Positions 41,231 through 53,157 of a stretch of 64,000 nucleotides of DNA are shown in pieces. The notes under the pieces were generated by a model. It saw only the letters and a program-made list of their open reading frames with translations. It had not been told where the DNA came from and did no database searches. The stretch comes from Eledone cirrhosa. Lineage: Eukaryota. Each line of letters opens with the position of its first letter. Positions within the stretch are counted from its first letter, which is position 1. The position numbers were made by a program, and so were the translations under genes. The DNA lies in NCBI GenBank assembly GCA_964016885.1, contig OZ024743.1, forward strand, positions 269,576,001 through 269,640,000, written 5' to 3'.

Positions 41231-42470
41231 TCTTTTGTTTGTTTTAGAGTTTAAGTTAAATTGTTTATTCGTATTTTAATTAATAGTAGGGTGATTTGCC
41301 TTATTATTGTTGTCAATGTATTTAATTTTATTCGTATACCCTGCTCTATTTAAAGATTCATTATAATATTCAGCCTTATCCTCAAAAATATTTTTATTAG
41401 CAGAGATGCGTGAAATTCATTGCTGGACGCTATTCACGATAGTGTTCTTAATAGATCTAGGATGATTAGAGTTAAAACTTACGTAATTTAGATTCTCATT
41501 GATTTTATGGAATGGATAGTAGAGCCCTGTGCTAAGGTTTAATGTTACGTCTAAAAAGTTAACGATTTTATAGTTATTCTCTATTTCTAACTTAAGGTTA
41601 TAATTATTGAAGAATTGTATTATGGATTTTCTTTTCCTATTAATTTCACATATACTAAGGTTTTCAATTAAAAGTAGCATATCATCACGATATAAACCAC
41701 CGGTCATCTCTGGCATTTTTCTATGCAGTGTATTATTAATAAATAAGCCCACAGGATCCGTTATTTGCGCCGAGTCGGATGATCCCATGGTGATATCAAA
41801 ATTATTTTTCCTATCGGCTCTTGTCCAGAGATGATTGTTGAATTCAATTTAAGTTTTCCGTGCAGTTAAAATGATATGCATTTCTTCACTAGATACATCT
41901 GTATCTTTACATGCGTAGATAAGAGCCCTATTAAGTAAACTGGGAGTAATAGAGGAGTAGTAATTTGCAATATCCATTTGAATGAATTTTTTGTTATGTT
42001 TAAATTGTATGTTATTAAACCAATCTATAACTTCATTAGTACCGTTCCATAGTTTTAGGTGTGATTTTTCTTTAAGTTGTGGTATGATTCTATCTAATAT
42101 ATGTTTACTAATTATGCCTAAGTCTGATTTAGATGGTGCTATAAGTCTGACTATACAAAGTTTCTTTTGTGGTCTTTCAGGTTAATTTTCGGTCTTCTAG
42201 GTATAAAGGGGTCAGTCCTATTTTGGATGCCTAATTTATGAATTATTTCGGAAGCTTCTCTATTTAACGTTGCAAGATCTTCATTAGTTGTTATTCTGTA
42301 ATTTTTTCTGAGTTCCTTCAATATAAGATTATTGTATTCGTCCCTTTGCATTCCGTATAGATTGTTAGTTTTATCAGATTTAATTAGGATCTTCTCAGTT
42401 TTTTCAAGATTATCTATATTATTCGTGAGGCCTTTAAGGTATTCCTGGCCTACACATTGGTTTTTCTTGA
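41230..42470 (-). pseudogene. Penelope reverse transcriptase, disrupted by stops and frameshifts
   Basis: YRDD catalytic motif, VNFLDVTLNL, NHP thumb motif; split across ORFs 41417-41788 and 42151-42663. Confidence 0.9.
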
Positions 42471-42481
42471 ATTTGATGTTT

Positions 42482-42602
42482 TGTATAATCGATATTTTGA
42501 TAATCGATAATTTGATAATCGATAATTTGATAATCGATAATTTGATGTTTTGATAATCGATAATTCGATAATCGATAATTTGATGTTTTGTATAATCGAT
42601 AT
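42482..42602. repeat. 15-bp minisatellite (ataatcgataatttg) at the PLE 5' junction
   Basis: Repeated ataatcgat units. Confidence 0.8.
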
Positions 42603-42703
42603 TTAATATCATTGAATACTTACTCCAGAAAACTGTCGAGTGCTCTGAATCAGTTGTAAACATCTATATTTGTTGGATTTCCAACAAATTAAATATCTCT
42701 TTT

Positions 42704-42843
<140 letters not shown>

Positions 42844-43005
42844 CATATTGCAGGTACTAATTGAGTTGTTTGAGGTAGTCACATAGCACTCAATGGACCG
42901 AGAGGCTAAACATTATCGTCAAGAGGAAAACACAACAGTTAAAAAGTGAAGAACGACTGAATGCGGTGGCCATACTTATACTACAACAACGATAAATACA
43001 AAAAA

Positions 43006-43045
<40 letters not shown>

Positions 43046-43137
43046 CATTGAGATAAGCTGGATAAGCAAAATTCAAACAATCTTTCAAAATAAATTCAAA
43101 AAATATAATTTAAATATTTACCTATCCATATTGCTTT

Positions 43138-43210
43138 TACCGACGGTTTCGCCTCACAAAAGATTGGAAATCCTACGGACTTCCAATGGAAAGTTCGGCT
43201 CTTCAGAAAG
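43138..43210 (-). ncRNA. HHR-like motif (weak helix I)
   Basis: CTGAAGA-gcc...ttggaagtcc/ggatttccaa...ggc-GAAAC-c-GTC; the element runs into (TA)n at 43043. Confidence 0.5.
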
Positions 43211-43449
43211 AATTTTCCCTTACACACCCAGCAAATATATTGCCTTCAGCCAGCTAGTGCAGGATGGAATGGGGCCGTAAACGTGCCCTACACGTGAACT
43301 GGTCGTTAGTAGAAACGGGAGTAGTTGCACAGACGTGATGTCTGCCACACCACTAAAAATAGCAGCTAGGTAAACGACGGATTTTTTCTCTACACATGGG
43401 AGATTATACATAAAATGAGATCAATATCCCCACATGTACTAAGTACCCT

Positions 43450-43572
43450 CGGATCTGAGTTCAAATCCTGCCGAGGTTAACTTTGCCTTTCATCCTTACA
43501 AGGTCGATAAAATAAAGTACCAGTAATGCACTGGGTAATTGCTGGCCTTGTGCCAAAAGTAGAAACAATTAA
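43450..43572 (+). mobile_element. 5'-truncated SINE-A
   Basis: Consensus core and tail. Confidence 0.85.
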
Positions 43573-43586
43573 TTTGACATACCAGA

Positions 43587-43650
<64 letters not shown>

Positions 43651-43653
<3 letters not shown>

Positions 43654-43852
43654 AACCAGTAAGACCCCGACAGCTGAGCTCAAGCCGTTTCGACGGCTAA
43701 TTCTGGACTAAATCGTCCAGAATTAGCCGTCGAAACGGCTTGAGCTCAGCTGTCGAGGTCTTACTGGTTCCTATTACCCACTCTACTACCTCAAGTATTG
43801 AGTACTTTGGTGCGTTATGGTCCACCTGGTTCCTTACCACATTTCCTTCGTT
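43651..43852. mobile_element. Fold-back element F1, copy 2
   Basis: Arms 43651-43708 and 43715-43773, 6-nt loop, 3' tail to (TA)n. Confidence 0.8.
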
Positions 43853-43872
43853 ATATATATATATATATATAT

Positions 43873-44557
43873 AAAACATGAGAAAGAAGAATACTGCGTG
43901 GTTTGCACATGGGTTACATATGATAAAAATAGTCCTTCGTCAGTGTTTTTCCAACCATCATTGGTATTTCATCGCATTAAAAATCAGATACCTCAGGTTG
44001 TTGCGAGCAATAACTAAAAAGAGTTATTGGGACCAGAATTCGCGTAAGGCGAGGGGGACAAGTAAACAACAGAGAAGGATAAAAGCAAACCGAAGATAGG
44101 AAAATAAACAAGCAACATGGTTGTCCGGTCAGCATAACCTGGGTGGATTTCATGAGCGAGAGAGGTACAGACCGTGTTGATGTGTGTGAGATGTGAGCAA
44201 GAAGAGACCCACACAAGCCAAACGGGAGGAAGTGAGAAGGGGAGAAACAGAGAGTGAGTGAGTGGAAGTGTGAGGAAGAGGTCAGTCGAGAGAAAGTGTA
44301 ACTGACAGAGGGGGCGAAAGAAGGTGAGAGAAACAGAGAGAGCGGGGAAGCAATAAGAGAGAAACAGACAAACGCAGCCGAGGTAAATATATATAAAAAA
44401 CATGAGAAAGAAGAATACTGCGTGGTTTGCACATGGGTTACATATGATAAAAATAGTCCTTCGTCAGTGTTTTTCAACCATCATTGGTATTTCATCGCAT
44501 TAAAAATCAGATACCTCAGGTTGGTAAGAGCAATAACTAAAAAAAGTTATTGGGACC

Positions 44558-44560
<3 letters not shown>
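43873..44560 (-). mobile_element. Non-coding element with ~163-bp direct terminal repeats
   Basis: 43873-44037 nearly identical to 44397-44560, with a purine-rich ~360-bp core; (TA)n on both sides. Confidence 0.75.
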
Positions 44561-44589
<29 letters not shown>

Positions 44590-44593
<4 letters not shown>

Positions 44594-44785
44594 GAAAAGA
44601 ATGACTTTACTTGTAGTTCTAAACAATTTAATTTAATTTTATTATTTGGTTTTTAGATCTACAAAACCAAATTGTAAAATTATAATATTATAAAATTAAA
44701 TTAAATTGTTTAGAACTACAAGTAAAGTCATTCTTCTTTTTTTTAAATAACCTAACTGTACCAAGGACTTCACACATTTTCCAAT
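44590..44785. mobile_element. AT-rich fold-back element in (TA)n
   Basis: aagaatgactttacttgtagttctaaacaatttaatttaattttat is inverted at 44687-44734. Confidence 0.65.
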
Positions 44786-44873
44786 ATATATATATTTACT
44801 CACATATACACACATATCTCTTTTACTCACATATACACACATATCTCTTCTTAGCTTCGTACGGACCTATGAT

Positions 44874-45012
<139 letters not shown>

Positions 45013-45239
45013 ACCCATGCTTACGCACGTGCTCAAGTATAGCTCTTTTTACAAAACGTTTTTTTTTTTCATTTCGCGCGCCATCATCCACTTTTCTAAA
45101 AAAACAAATCATACGCAAAACGCCAGCACCAACAGTTTTGCAAGAGATGTCAACATGAATGGACCTATTATTTTATCTAAAGACATTTTTTCCAATTCCA
45201 TCCCGCCCGTCCCCTTAATCCATTTTATTTCTCATTCTT

Positions 45240-45275
45240 TCTTCTGATGAAGGACTAGCGTCTGAAACGTTAAGA
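45240..45275 (+). ncRNA. Minimal type I HHR with palindromic helix III, in PLE 3' fragment 45005-45360
   Basis: tctt-CTGATGA-a-ggac-tagc-gtct-GAAAC-GTT-aaga. Homologous copy at 63296-63330. The element ends in (CA)n. Confidence 0.7.
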
Positions 45276-45371
45276 CGCTCTTCCTGCTATATCAAGCGTT
45301 GACCTAATATATACCTTCCATATACCGTACCGATCGTGTTGTTATTTCTGTTTACCTTTTACACACACACA

Positions 45372-45495
<124 letters not shown>

Positions 45496-45700
45496 TATAT
45501 GGGTCTGTAAATATATACATACCTGATGAGCTTCCGATTCCACAGTGACGAACGAACATTATTCGGTAGTTTCTGGAGCAGATCATCAGTGAAACATATG
45601 TAATATGTAATTAAATATATATATGATGCAATATTGATTATTCGTTCCCTCTTTATTATTTATATATATATAATGTATAATAAACAATACAATATAATTA

Positions 45701-45768
45701 CCTCATTACCAGAGGTTTCCCGAATAAGACGAATACAAGAAACGTCCTCATTCGTTCGTCAGACAAGG
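45701..45768 (-). ncRNA. Type I hammerhead ribozyme
   Basis: ccttgt-CTGACGA-a-cgaatgaggacg/cgtcttattcg-g-GAAA-cc-tct-gGTA-atgagg; all three helices pair. Confidence 0.75.
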
Positions 45769-46389
45769 CAATTTAAAACATAGTTAAATATTTGAAAAAT
45801 CTCCTCAAGAAAGGCAAAAGTTTAACGGGCAAAAAAAATATATAAATAAAAGTAATGCAAGAGATATATAAAAATAGAATAAGGAAATATAGTAAGGGTA
45901 TGTGTATAAATGTGTGTATATACATCTACAAATGTACATATGTGTGTATGTACAAATGCATGTGTATAGTGAACAAATGTGTGCGTAAGTACATACATGA
46001 GGGCAAACATATCAGTGCATGTGTGACCACAAATACGTATATAATATATGTTGAAAAAAGAAATTGTAAGATAGTAGAGTTAGCGTACATATGGACTCAG
46101 GGACTAAGGATTGAAATATATACACATACAAGGATGAAAGCACGCGTATAAACATACACAACCGCGCAACCACATACATGTATGTGATATATACAGGGAA
46201 GCGAGTGTATCAGTTAAAGCAGTGTCAGTCTGAAGGTCGATACATATATACAATTATAAAATATGGAAATCAAATAATATATAAAAAAATAAATTAAATC
46301 AAAGAGAAAGTAAGAGGGAGGGGTTATCAAATATAAAGTAACACTAGAAAAAATAAATAGAAAGTAGAAAGCATACAGAGGTTCGTACG

Positions 46390-46508
<119 letters not shown>

Positions 46509-46958
46509 TATATACACGTACAGACAAAACACATACATGCGTACATACATACAAAAGCACCCATACATACACACGATACACATATATATACATACATGTA
46601 CATCGAATCACACGCACGCACGCGACCATATATATATATATATAAGTATGTAAAAAACAGAAATAAAAACATACATACACACATATACACATACACGCGC
46701 ACATACGAATGCATTCGTATACATATACAAACACGTATACACATATATGTACACTTACACGCATACATACATATATAAAAACCAGTCGTATGAATAAATG
46801 GGTACAAATTATACGCAAGTAAACATACATAAAAGCGGCTGAGGGACAACAGAATATATCTGGAGTTGAAAACACAAGTGACATGTGATATCAGGTAGTG
46901 AAAGAAAAAGGGGAAGTAAAATATTTTCAACGGAAACTTCAATACTTATATATATATA

Positions 46959-47181
46959 AAACGAAGGAAGTGTGGTAAGGAACCAGATGGACCATAACGC
47001 ACCAGAGTACTCAATACTTAGGGTAGTAGAGTGCGTAATAGGAAAGTGTTTAACCCCGACAGCAGAGCTCAAGCTGTTTCGACGGCAATTTCTGGACTCC
47101 AGAAAAAGAGTTAAAAAAAGAGTCCAGAAATTGCTGTCGAAAGGGCTTGAGCTCCACCGTCAGGGTTAAACATTTTCCTAT
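46959..47181. mobile_element. Fold-back element F1, copy 3
   Basis: Arms ~47039-47098 and 47121-47181; same tail as the 24993 and 43651 copies. Confidence 0.75.
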
Positions 47182-47184
47182 ATA

Positions 47185-47217
<33 letters not shown>

Positions 47218-47687
47218 GTAGATAAATCTACCAAAATATACGGTAGTGTCCAATCCGTATGAAGAACTCAATGTAATCCAAATATCATGAAAAGAGATGT
47301 ATTCAAAAATGTTTTCGATGAAAATCACAGGAAAACAGAGTCAAGATAATAATCAGGCTAAAACACCTAAATCAGTGAATCTAACTAAACATGTGTATAA
47401 TAAATTCACTAATACTAACTCTTTTAGTAAACATCGGGGTACATCGTATAAAAATAAAAAATACCATCGAAACCGTAATAGACGAGTTACTTGGTATAAT
47501 GCTCCATTTAATCTACAAATTAAAGATAATATCCCTAAAATTTTTTTACTATCCCAGAGAAAAACTTCCCGCCAAACCATAAATACCATCAAATTTTAAA
47601 TAGATCAACGGTCAAATTCTCCTACTCCACCACCAAAAATATACAACAAAATATAATGCCTACAATGCATATAAATGTTAAAAAACC

Positions 47688-48254
47688 ATGAATATACCAC
47701 CAACACATCAAACTAACAATGATACTAAAATAAACCACAGCAAACCACCATCTCCTTCACATACAACAAGTCGAGTAAATTCCACACATAATTTGACTAA
47801 CTCCCCTGATATAATATTCACGAAAGGTTGTAACTGTAGAAACAAAGCAAATTGCCCATTAAAAGGAAATTGCCTTATTAATAACATAGTATATAAATGT
47901 AAAATTAGCACTAAGGACTCAACTTATTCATATATAGGAGCAACTTCTAACCAATTTAAAGTAAGATTTAATACCCACAAACACAGTTTGAAAAATGCCA
48001 CATTAGCTAATACAACATCCTTGGCTGAAATAATTAATAATTATAGAAAAAAGAATATCGATTATAACCTGACCTGGAGCGTGCTCAAAAGGGCCACCCC
48101 TTATCAAAATAATAGATATGCGTGTAGATTATGTTCCCAGGAACTTTTTGAAATAATGAAATCTAAGGACATCCTATTAAATACGCGACAAGAATTAATT
48201 ATATCGTGCAATCATAGAATTAGAAGAACTTTCAAATATTATAAACCTAATTAA
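47688..48254 (+). pseudogene. Penelope GIY-YIG endonuclease domain
   Basis: GCNCRNKANCPLKGNCLINNIVYKC..SYIGATSNQFKVRFNTH..CRLCSQE..LLNTRQELIISCNH; homologous to 40499-41065. Confidence 0.9.
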
Positions 48255-48920
48255 TATACACTTATATTTTACAAATTATTATAATTAGTTTTTTTTTATT
48301 TGGTTAACCTATAATTAGTATTTTACTACTGAGAACTTCATAATTTTATTTCCCTTTTACAGCTATCTTTTCCTAAAATTAATACCTATAAGTATACATA
48401 TAAACTATTTTAATTTCCTGTTATGAATTTAAATTCCTTGTAGTCTATATAAGTTTGTTATTTCTCACTAATACATTTATTCCCCCCAAATGTTTTTCCT
48501 TCGTTTTTAACAACATTCTTTAATAACATCTAACTCTTTTTTATCACATCTATATGAATTAATATAAATTTATCTCTATAAATATACCTATCAATTAAAT
48601 TAATTTAATCTCTTTTTATAGATCTAAATTCCTTATGTTTTAAATAAGATTGGTATTTCTCACTAACATATTTATCCTAAAATGTTATTCTCCTTCGATT
48701 TTAACATTAGCATTATTCTTTAATAACATCAAATTTTCGGCTTGACCTCTTTTCATCCCCAAAGTAATCTTTTCATTCAAAATATTCTTTCCATTCAAAA
48801 CTGAAGTCTATCAACTTGACCACTTACTACTTTTCTATTGGTCAATTGAAAACCTGTTCCCAAACAGACCAATTATATTAAATCTTTGTTGTTTTTTTTT
48901 TCAATAAACAAATATCATTC

Positions 48921-49104
48921 GGTGGATTGGCAGTATCGGTAGAGGGTCGGACGCCATGCTTTCCAGCATAGTTACGTCCCTTTACGATCTGAGTTCAAAT
49001 CCCTCCGAGGTTGACTTTGCCTTTCATCCTTACGGGGTCGATAAAATAAAGTACCAGTAATGCACTGGATAATTGCTGGCCTTGTGCCTAAAGTAGAAAC
49101 AATT
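48921..49104 (+). mobile_element. Full-length SINE-A nested in the PLE 3' region
   Basis: Near-consensus copy. Confidence 0.9.
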
Positions 49105-49228
49105 ATTTCTGAAGATAGCATATATATGTGTAGGTATGTATATTTCCTCTGATAGTTTGTAAAATTTTTACATAGATCTATATGATATACCAACACACAC
49201 ATATATATCCTAGAAACGATCGTAAAAT
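49105..49228 (+). ncRNA. Type I HHR with an extended helix II
   Basis: attt-CTGAAGA-tagcatatatatgtgt...acacatatatatccta-GAAAC-gatc-GTA-aaat. Confidence 0.65.
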
Positions 49229-49284
49229 GATGAATTTTTTAATATAAGGAACTGTTTCTTTGTTTTTATTCATTGTTTTTATTA

Positions 49285-49358
<74 letters not shown>

Positions 49359-49570
49359 CGTACCGAGAGAGAGAGAGAAAAAAGGAAGGATAGGTGATAC
49401 ATGTAGTTATTTGCCAAATAGCGTATGCAGAAGGTGCTCAATACTAGTGCCGGCAGTATTAAATATTAGAAGTGTTAATATTTAGTGGGTGAGAGAGTTA
49501 GCAGAGCGAAACACGTGGAAAAGTAAGACATTGGAAAACAGACCGTTAATACATGTTTATTTAAAACACC

Positions 49571-49607
49571 ACCTACGTACGTTTCGCCCAGTTGGGCTTC
49601 TCAAGGG
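49571..49607 (-). ncRNA. HHR-like variant (TTGAGAA core)
   Basis: ccc-TTGAGAA-gccca-ac-tgggc-GAAAC-gtac-GTA-ggt; non-canonical core. Confidence 0.45.
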
Positions 49608-50194
49608 CATAAATAACCAAAAATGTTCCTTACATTGCTCGGAAAGTGTTTTTTGGGGTTAGGTTCACGTCATAGTTCATATATATATATATATATTATA
49701 TATATGTAATAAAAGTATGTGTTACTACTAGAGATTGTTAAGAATATATTGATAATAATAATTGTTTCTACTTTTGACACAAGGCCAACAATTACTCAGT
49801 ACATGTGTGTGTGTGTGTGTTTATAAAGAAATGGAGAGAGGGGGAAAAGGAGAAAGAGAGAGGAGGGTAGTGTGTGATGAAGGGGTAGAGGAGAGAGAAA
49901 GGGGCAATTTGCTGACACCGATGTTCTGAGTATACTCAATACAGAGAGTTGAAACGCTGAGACTACTCCGATGAGACTAGTTGATCAGAATATTTGATCA
50001 TATACATACTGCTGATTAGACTGGATCTGGTTTTATAAACTGAAGACAGTGGACAGGTTTCGGTGTATTAGATCCCCTCAGTGTTTTCTATACTACGTAG
50101 TCGACATGATATTCAGTTGTGGGAGTGAAGCCATGAAGATTATTGTTACAATGAAGGCAAGGGTTAGAGATTGTTAAGACTATAATGATAATAA

Positions 50195-50313
50195 TAATTG
50201 TTTCTACTTTTGACACAAGGCCAGCAATTACCCCAGTACATTACTGGTACTTTATTTTATCGACCCCGTAAGGATGAAAGGCAAAGTTAATCCCGGCGAG
50301 ATTTGAACTCAGA
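50195..50313 (-). mobile_element. SINE-A copy
   Basis: Reverse-complement consensus; its flank is partly duplicated at 49730-49803. Confidence 0.85.
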
Positions 50314-50377
50314 AATAATGATCGTGGTTATGTCGATTGCAGTGATAACTACTGTGGTGATTATGTTGATAATGGAG

Positions 50378-50405
50378 ATGATGATGATGGCGACCACGAT
50401 GACGG

Positions 50406-50473
<68 letters not shown>

Positions 50474-51141
50474 GCGGCTTTGATGGTGGCGGCTTTGATG
50501 GTGATGATGTTAAAGACGGGTATGATGATGATGATGATGACAATGGTTATGATGGTGATAATGATGTTGGCAGTGATGATGTCGGTGGTGATGGTGATGT
50601 TGAGGGTCAGGACGAGTATAATGATGATGATGATGATGATGATGACCATGCTACTGATAATGGGGATGATGATGATGATGAAGGTGATGATGATTGTGAT
50701 GATGATGATTGTGATGATGGTAAATACAGTGGCAATAATAATGTGGAGACTGATGAAATATGATGATGATGACGATGATGATGATGGCGATGATGATGAT
50801 GATGACGATGATGATGATGGCGATGATGATGACGATGGCGATGATGATGATGGCGATGATGATGATGATGACGATGATGACGATGGCGATGATGATGATG
50901 GCGATGATGATGATGATGATGGCGATGATGATGACGATGGCGATGATGGCAATGATGATGATGACGATGATGACGATGATGACGATGATGACGATGGCGA
51001 TGATGATGATGATGGCGATGATGATGATGATGATGGCGATGATGATGATGGCGATGATGATGATGACGATGGCGATGATGATGATGGCGATGATGATGAT
51101 GGCGATGATGATGATGATGACGATGATGACGATGGCGATGA

Positions 51142-51172
<31 letters not shown>

Positions 51173-52775
51173 GATGATGACGATGGCGATGATGGCGATG
51201 ATGATGATGATGACGATGATGACGATGGCGAGGGTGAGACAAGGGCGAAGTACATGGTGGGGAGTCAGCTTTACCACGATGATGATGATGTTGGTAGTGG
51301 TGATGATGATGATGATGACGACGATGGTGATGACGATGATTGTGACAGCGACGATGATGATGATGATGATGGTGATGATGGTGATGATAATGTTTATGAT
51401 GATGGTGATGATAATGTTTATGATGATGGTGATGGTGATTGTAGTGGTGATGGTGATGGTGGTGATGGTGGTGGTGGTGATGGTAGTGGTGGTGATGGTG
51501 ATGGTGATGGTGATGGTGGTGGTGGTGATGGTGATGGCGATGGTGATGGTGGTGGTGGTGGTGGTGGTGATGGTGGTGGTGGTGATGGTGGTGGTGGTGG
51601 TGATGCTTTGTGGTGGTGGTGGTGGTGGTGATTGTGGTGGTGGTGGTGGTGATGGTGGTGGTGGTGGTGATGCTTTGTGGTGGTGGTGGTGGTGGTGATT
51701 GTGGTGGTGGTGGTGGGGATGGTGATGGTGGTGGTGGTGGTGATGGTGATGGTCGTGGTGGTGATGGTGATTGTGGTGGTGGTGATGGTGGTGGTGGTGG
51801 TGATGGTCATGGTCATGGTGATGGTGGTGGTGGTGGTGATGGTGGTGGTTGTGGTGGTGGTGGTGATGGTAGTAGCGATAGTGGTGATGGTGGTGGTGGT
51901 GATGGTGGTGATGTTAATTGCGATGGTTGTGCTGATGGTGATGGTAATAGCGATTGTAATGGCGATGGTGGTGGTGGTGATGGTAATGGTGATGGTGTTG
52001 ATGGTGGTGGTGATGGTAATAGCGATGGTGGTGGTGATGGTGGTGGTGGTGATGGTAATAGCGATGGTGGTGATGGTAGTGATGGTGGTGGTGGTGGTGG
52101 TGGTGATGGTAATAGCGATGGTGGTGGTGATGGTGGTGGTGGTGATGGTAATAGCGATGGTGGTGATGGTAGTGATGGTGGTGGTGATGATTCTGTTGGT
52201 GATGGTAATAGCGATGGTGGTGGTGGTAGTGATGGTGGTGGTGATGATTCTGTTGGTGATGGTACTAGCGATGGTGGTGATGGTAGTGATGGTGGTGGTG
52301 ATGATTCTGTTGGTGATGGTAATAGCGATGGTGGTGGTGGTAGTGATGGTGGTGGTGATGATTCTGTTGGTGATGGTAATAGCGATGGTGGTGATGGTAG
52401 TGATGGTGGTGGTGATGATTCTGTTGGTGATGGTAATAGCGATGGTGGTGGTGGTAGTGATGGTGGTGGTGATGATTCTGTTGGTGATGGTAATAGCGAT
52501 GGTGGTGGTGGTAGTGATGGTGGTGGTGATGATTCTGTTGGTGATGGTAATAGCGATGGTGGTGATGGTAGTGATGGTGGTGGTGATGATTCTGTTGGTG
52601 ATGGTAATAGCGATGGTGGTGGTGGTGATGGTAATGTTGATGTTGATGGTGAAGGTGGTGGTAGTGGTGATGGTGAAGGTGAAGATGGTGGTGGTGGTGG
52701 TAATAGCGATGGTGGTGGTGATGGTGATGGTAACAGCGATGGCGGTGGTGGTGATGGTAATGTTGATGGTGATTA
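50378..52775. repeat. Compound (GAT)n/(GGT)n trinucleotide array with a 57-bp higher-order unit at 52140-52620
   Basis: gatgattctgttggtgatggtaatagcgat recurs every 57 nt. Confidence 0.95.
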
Positions 52776-53126
52776 TTGAACATATCCAAGGTTTCTGCAT
52801 TAACGAGGCAAAAGATTCAATTCCCAGCAGAACAGGAAGGGACAGAAATTCTAGGAGACGCCAAGATATTCGCAAAATATGAAATTTCCATATTAATGGA
52901 AAAATCTTCATCCAATGGTAGAATAGAGAATACTATCGCAACATGTCTGTCCCCTCGGCTTCTTCTAGAATGATCTCCCTATATATGTATTATGTATGTA
53001 TGTATGTATATATGTATGGATGTAAGTGTGTATGCATGTAAGTATGTATGTATATATGTATGTATGTGTGTATGGATGGATGTATGTATGCATGTATATG
53101 TGTGGGTATGTATGTATGTATGTATG

Positions 53127-53157
<31 letters not shown>

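Larger units (their letters stand above)
39066..42665 (-). mobile_element. 5'-truncated Penelope-like retroelement (Naiad-like)
   Basis: RT motifs IKSDKTNNLY, IQMDIANYYSSI, MGSSDSAQI, GLYRDD. Linker IIWYSPPFS...FPKNH..IFNR.TIKLSYST, then GIY-YIG, AT-rich 3' UTR and an HHR at the 3' end. Microsatellites on both sides. Confidence 0.9.
47220..49290 (+). mobile_element. Second 5'-truncated Penelope-like element (Naiad-like), interrupted by a SINE
   Basis: RVTWYNAPFN linker, GIY-YIG ORF, AT-rich 3' UTR, same-strand HHR at 49105-49228, ending in (TA)n(GA)n. Confidence 0.85.

Noticed and set aside
41417-41419. In-frame TGA in the PLE ORF as possible selenocysteine (reported for some Naiad PLEs)
   Set aside because: It falls in VQQ*ISRIS, where Arg (CGA) rather than Cys is expected, so CpG decay is more likely; the element has other lesions and I identified no SECIS.
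50052-50085. Minus-strand CTGAGGG...GAAACCTGTC
   Set aside because: Core A9 is missing and helices I and II do not pair; at best a decayed remnant.
50287-52911. Asp/Gly-rich ORFs resembling acidic biomineralisation proteins
   Set aside because: The ORF starts inside a SINE, has a poly-Met tract and no signal peptide, and multiple frames are open; best explained as a (GAT)/(GGT) array, though expression was not testable.
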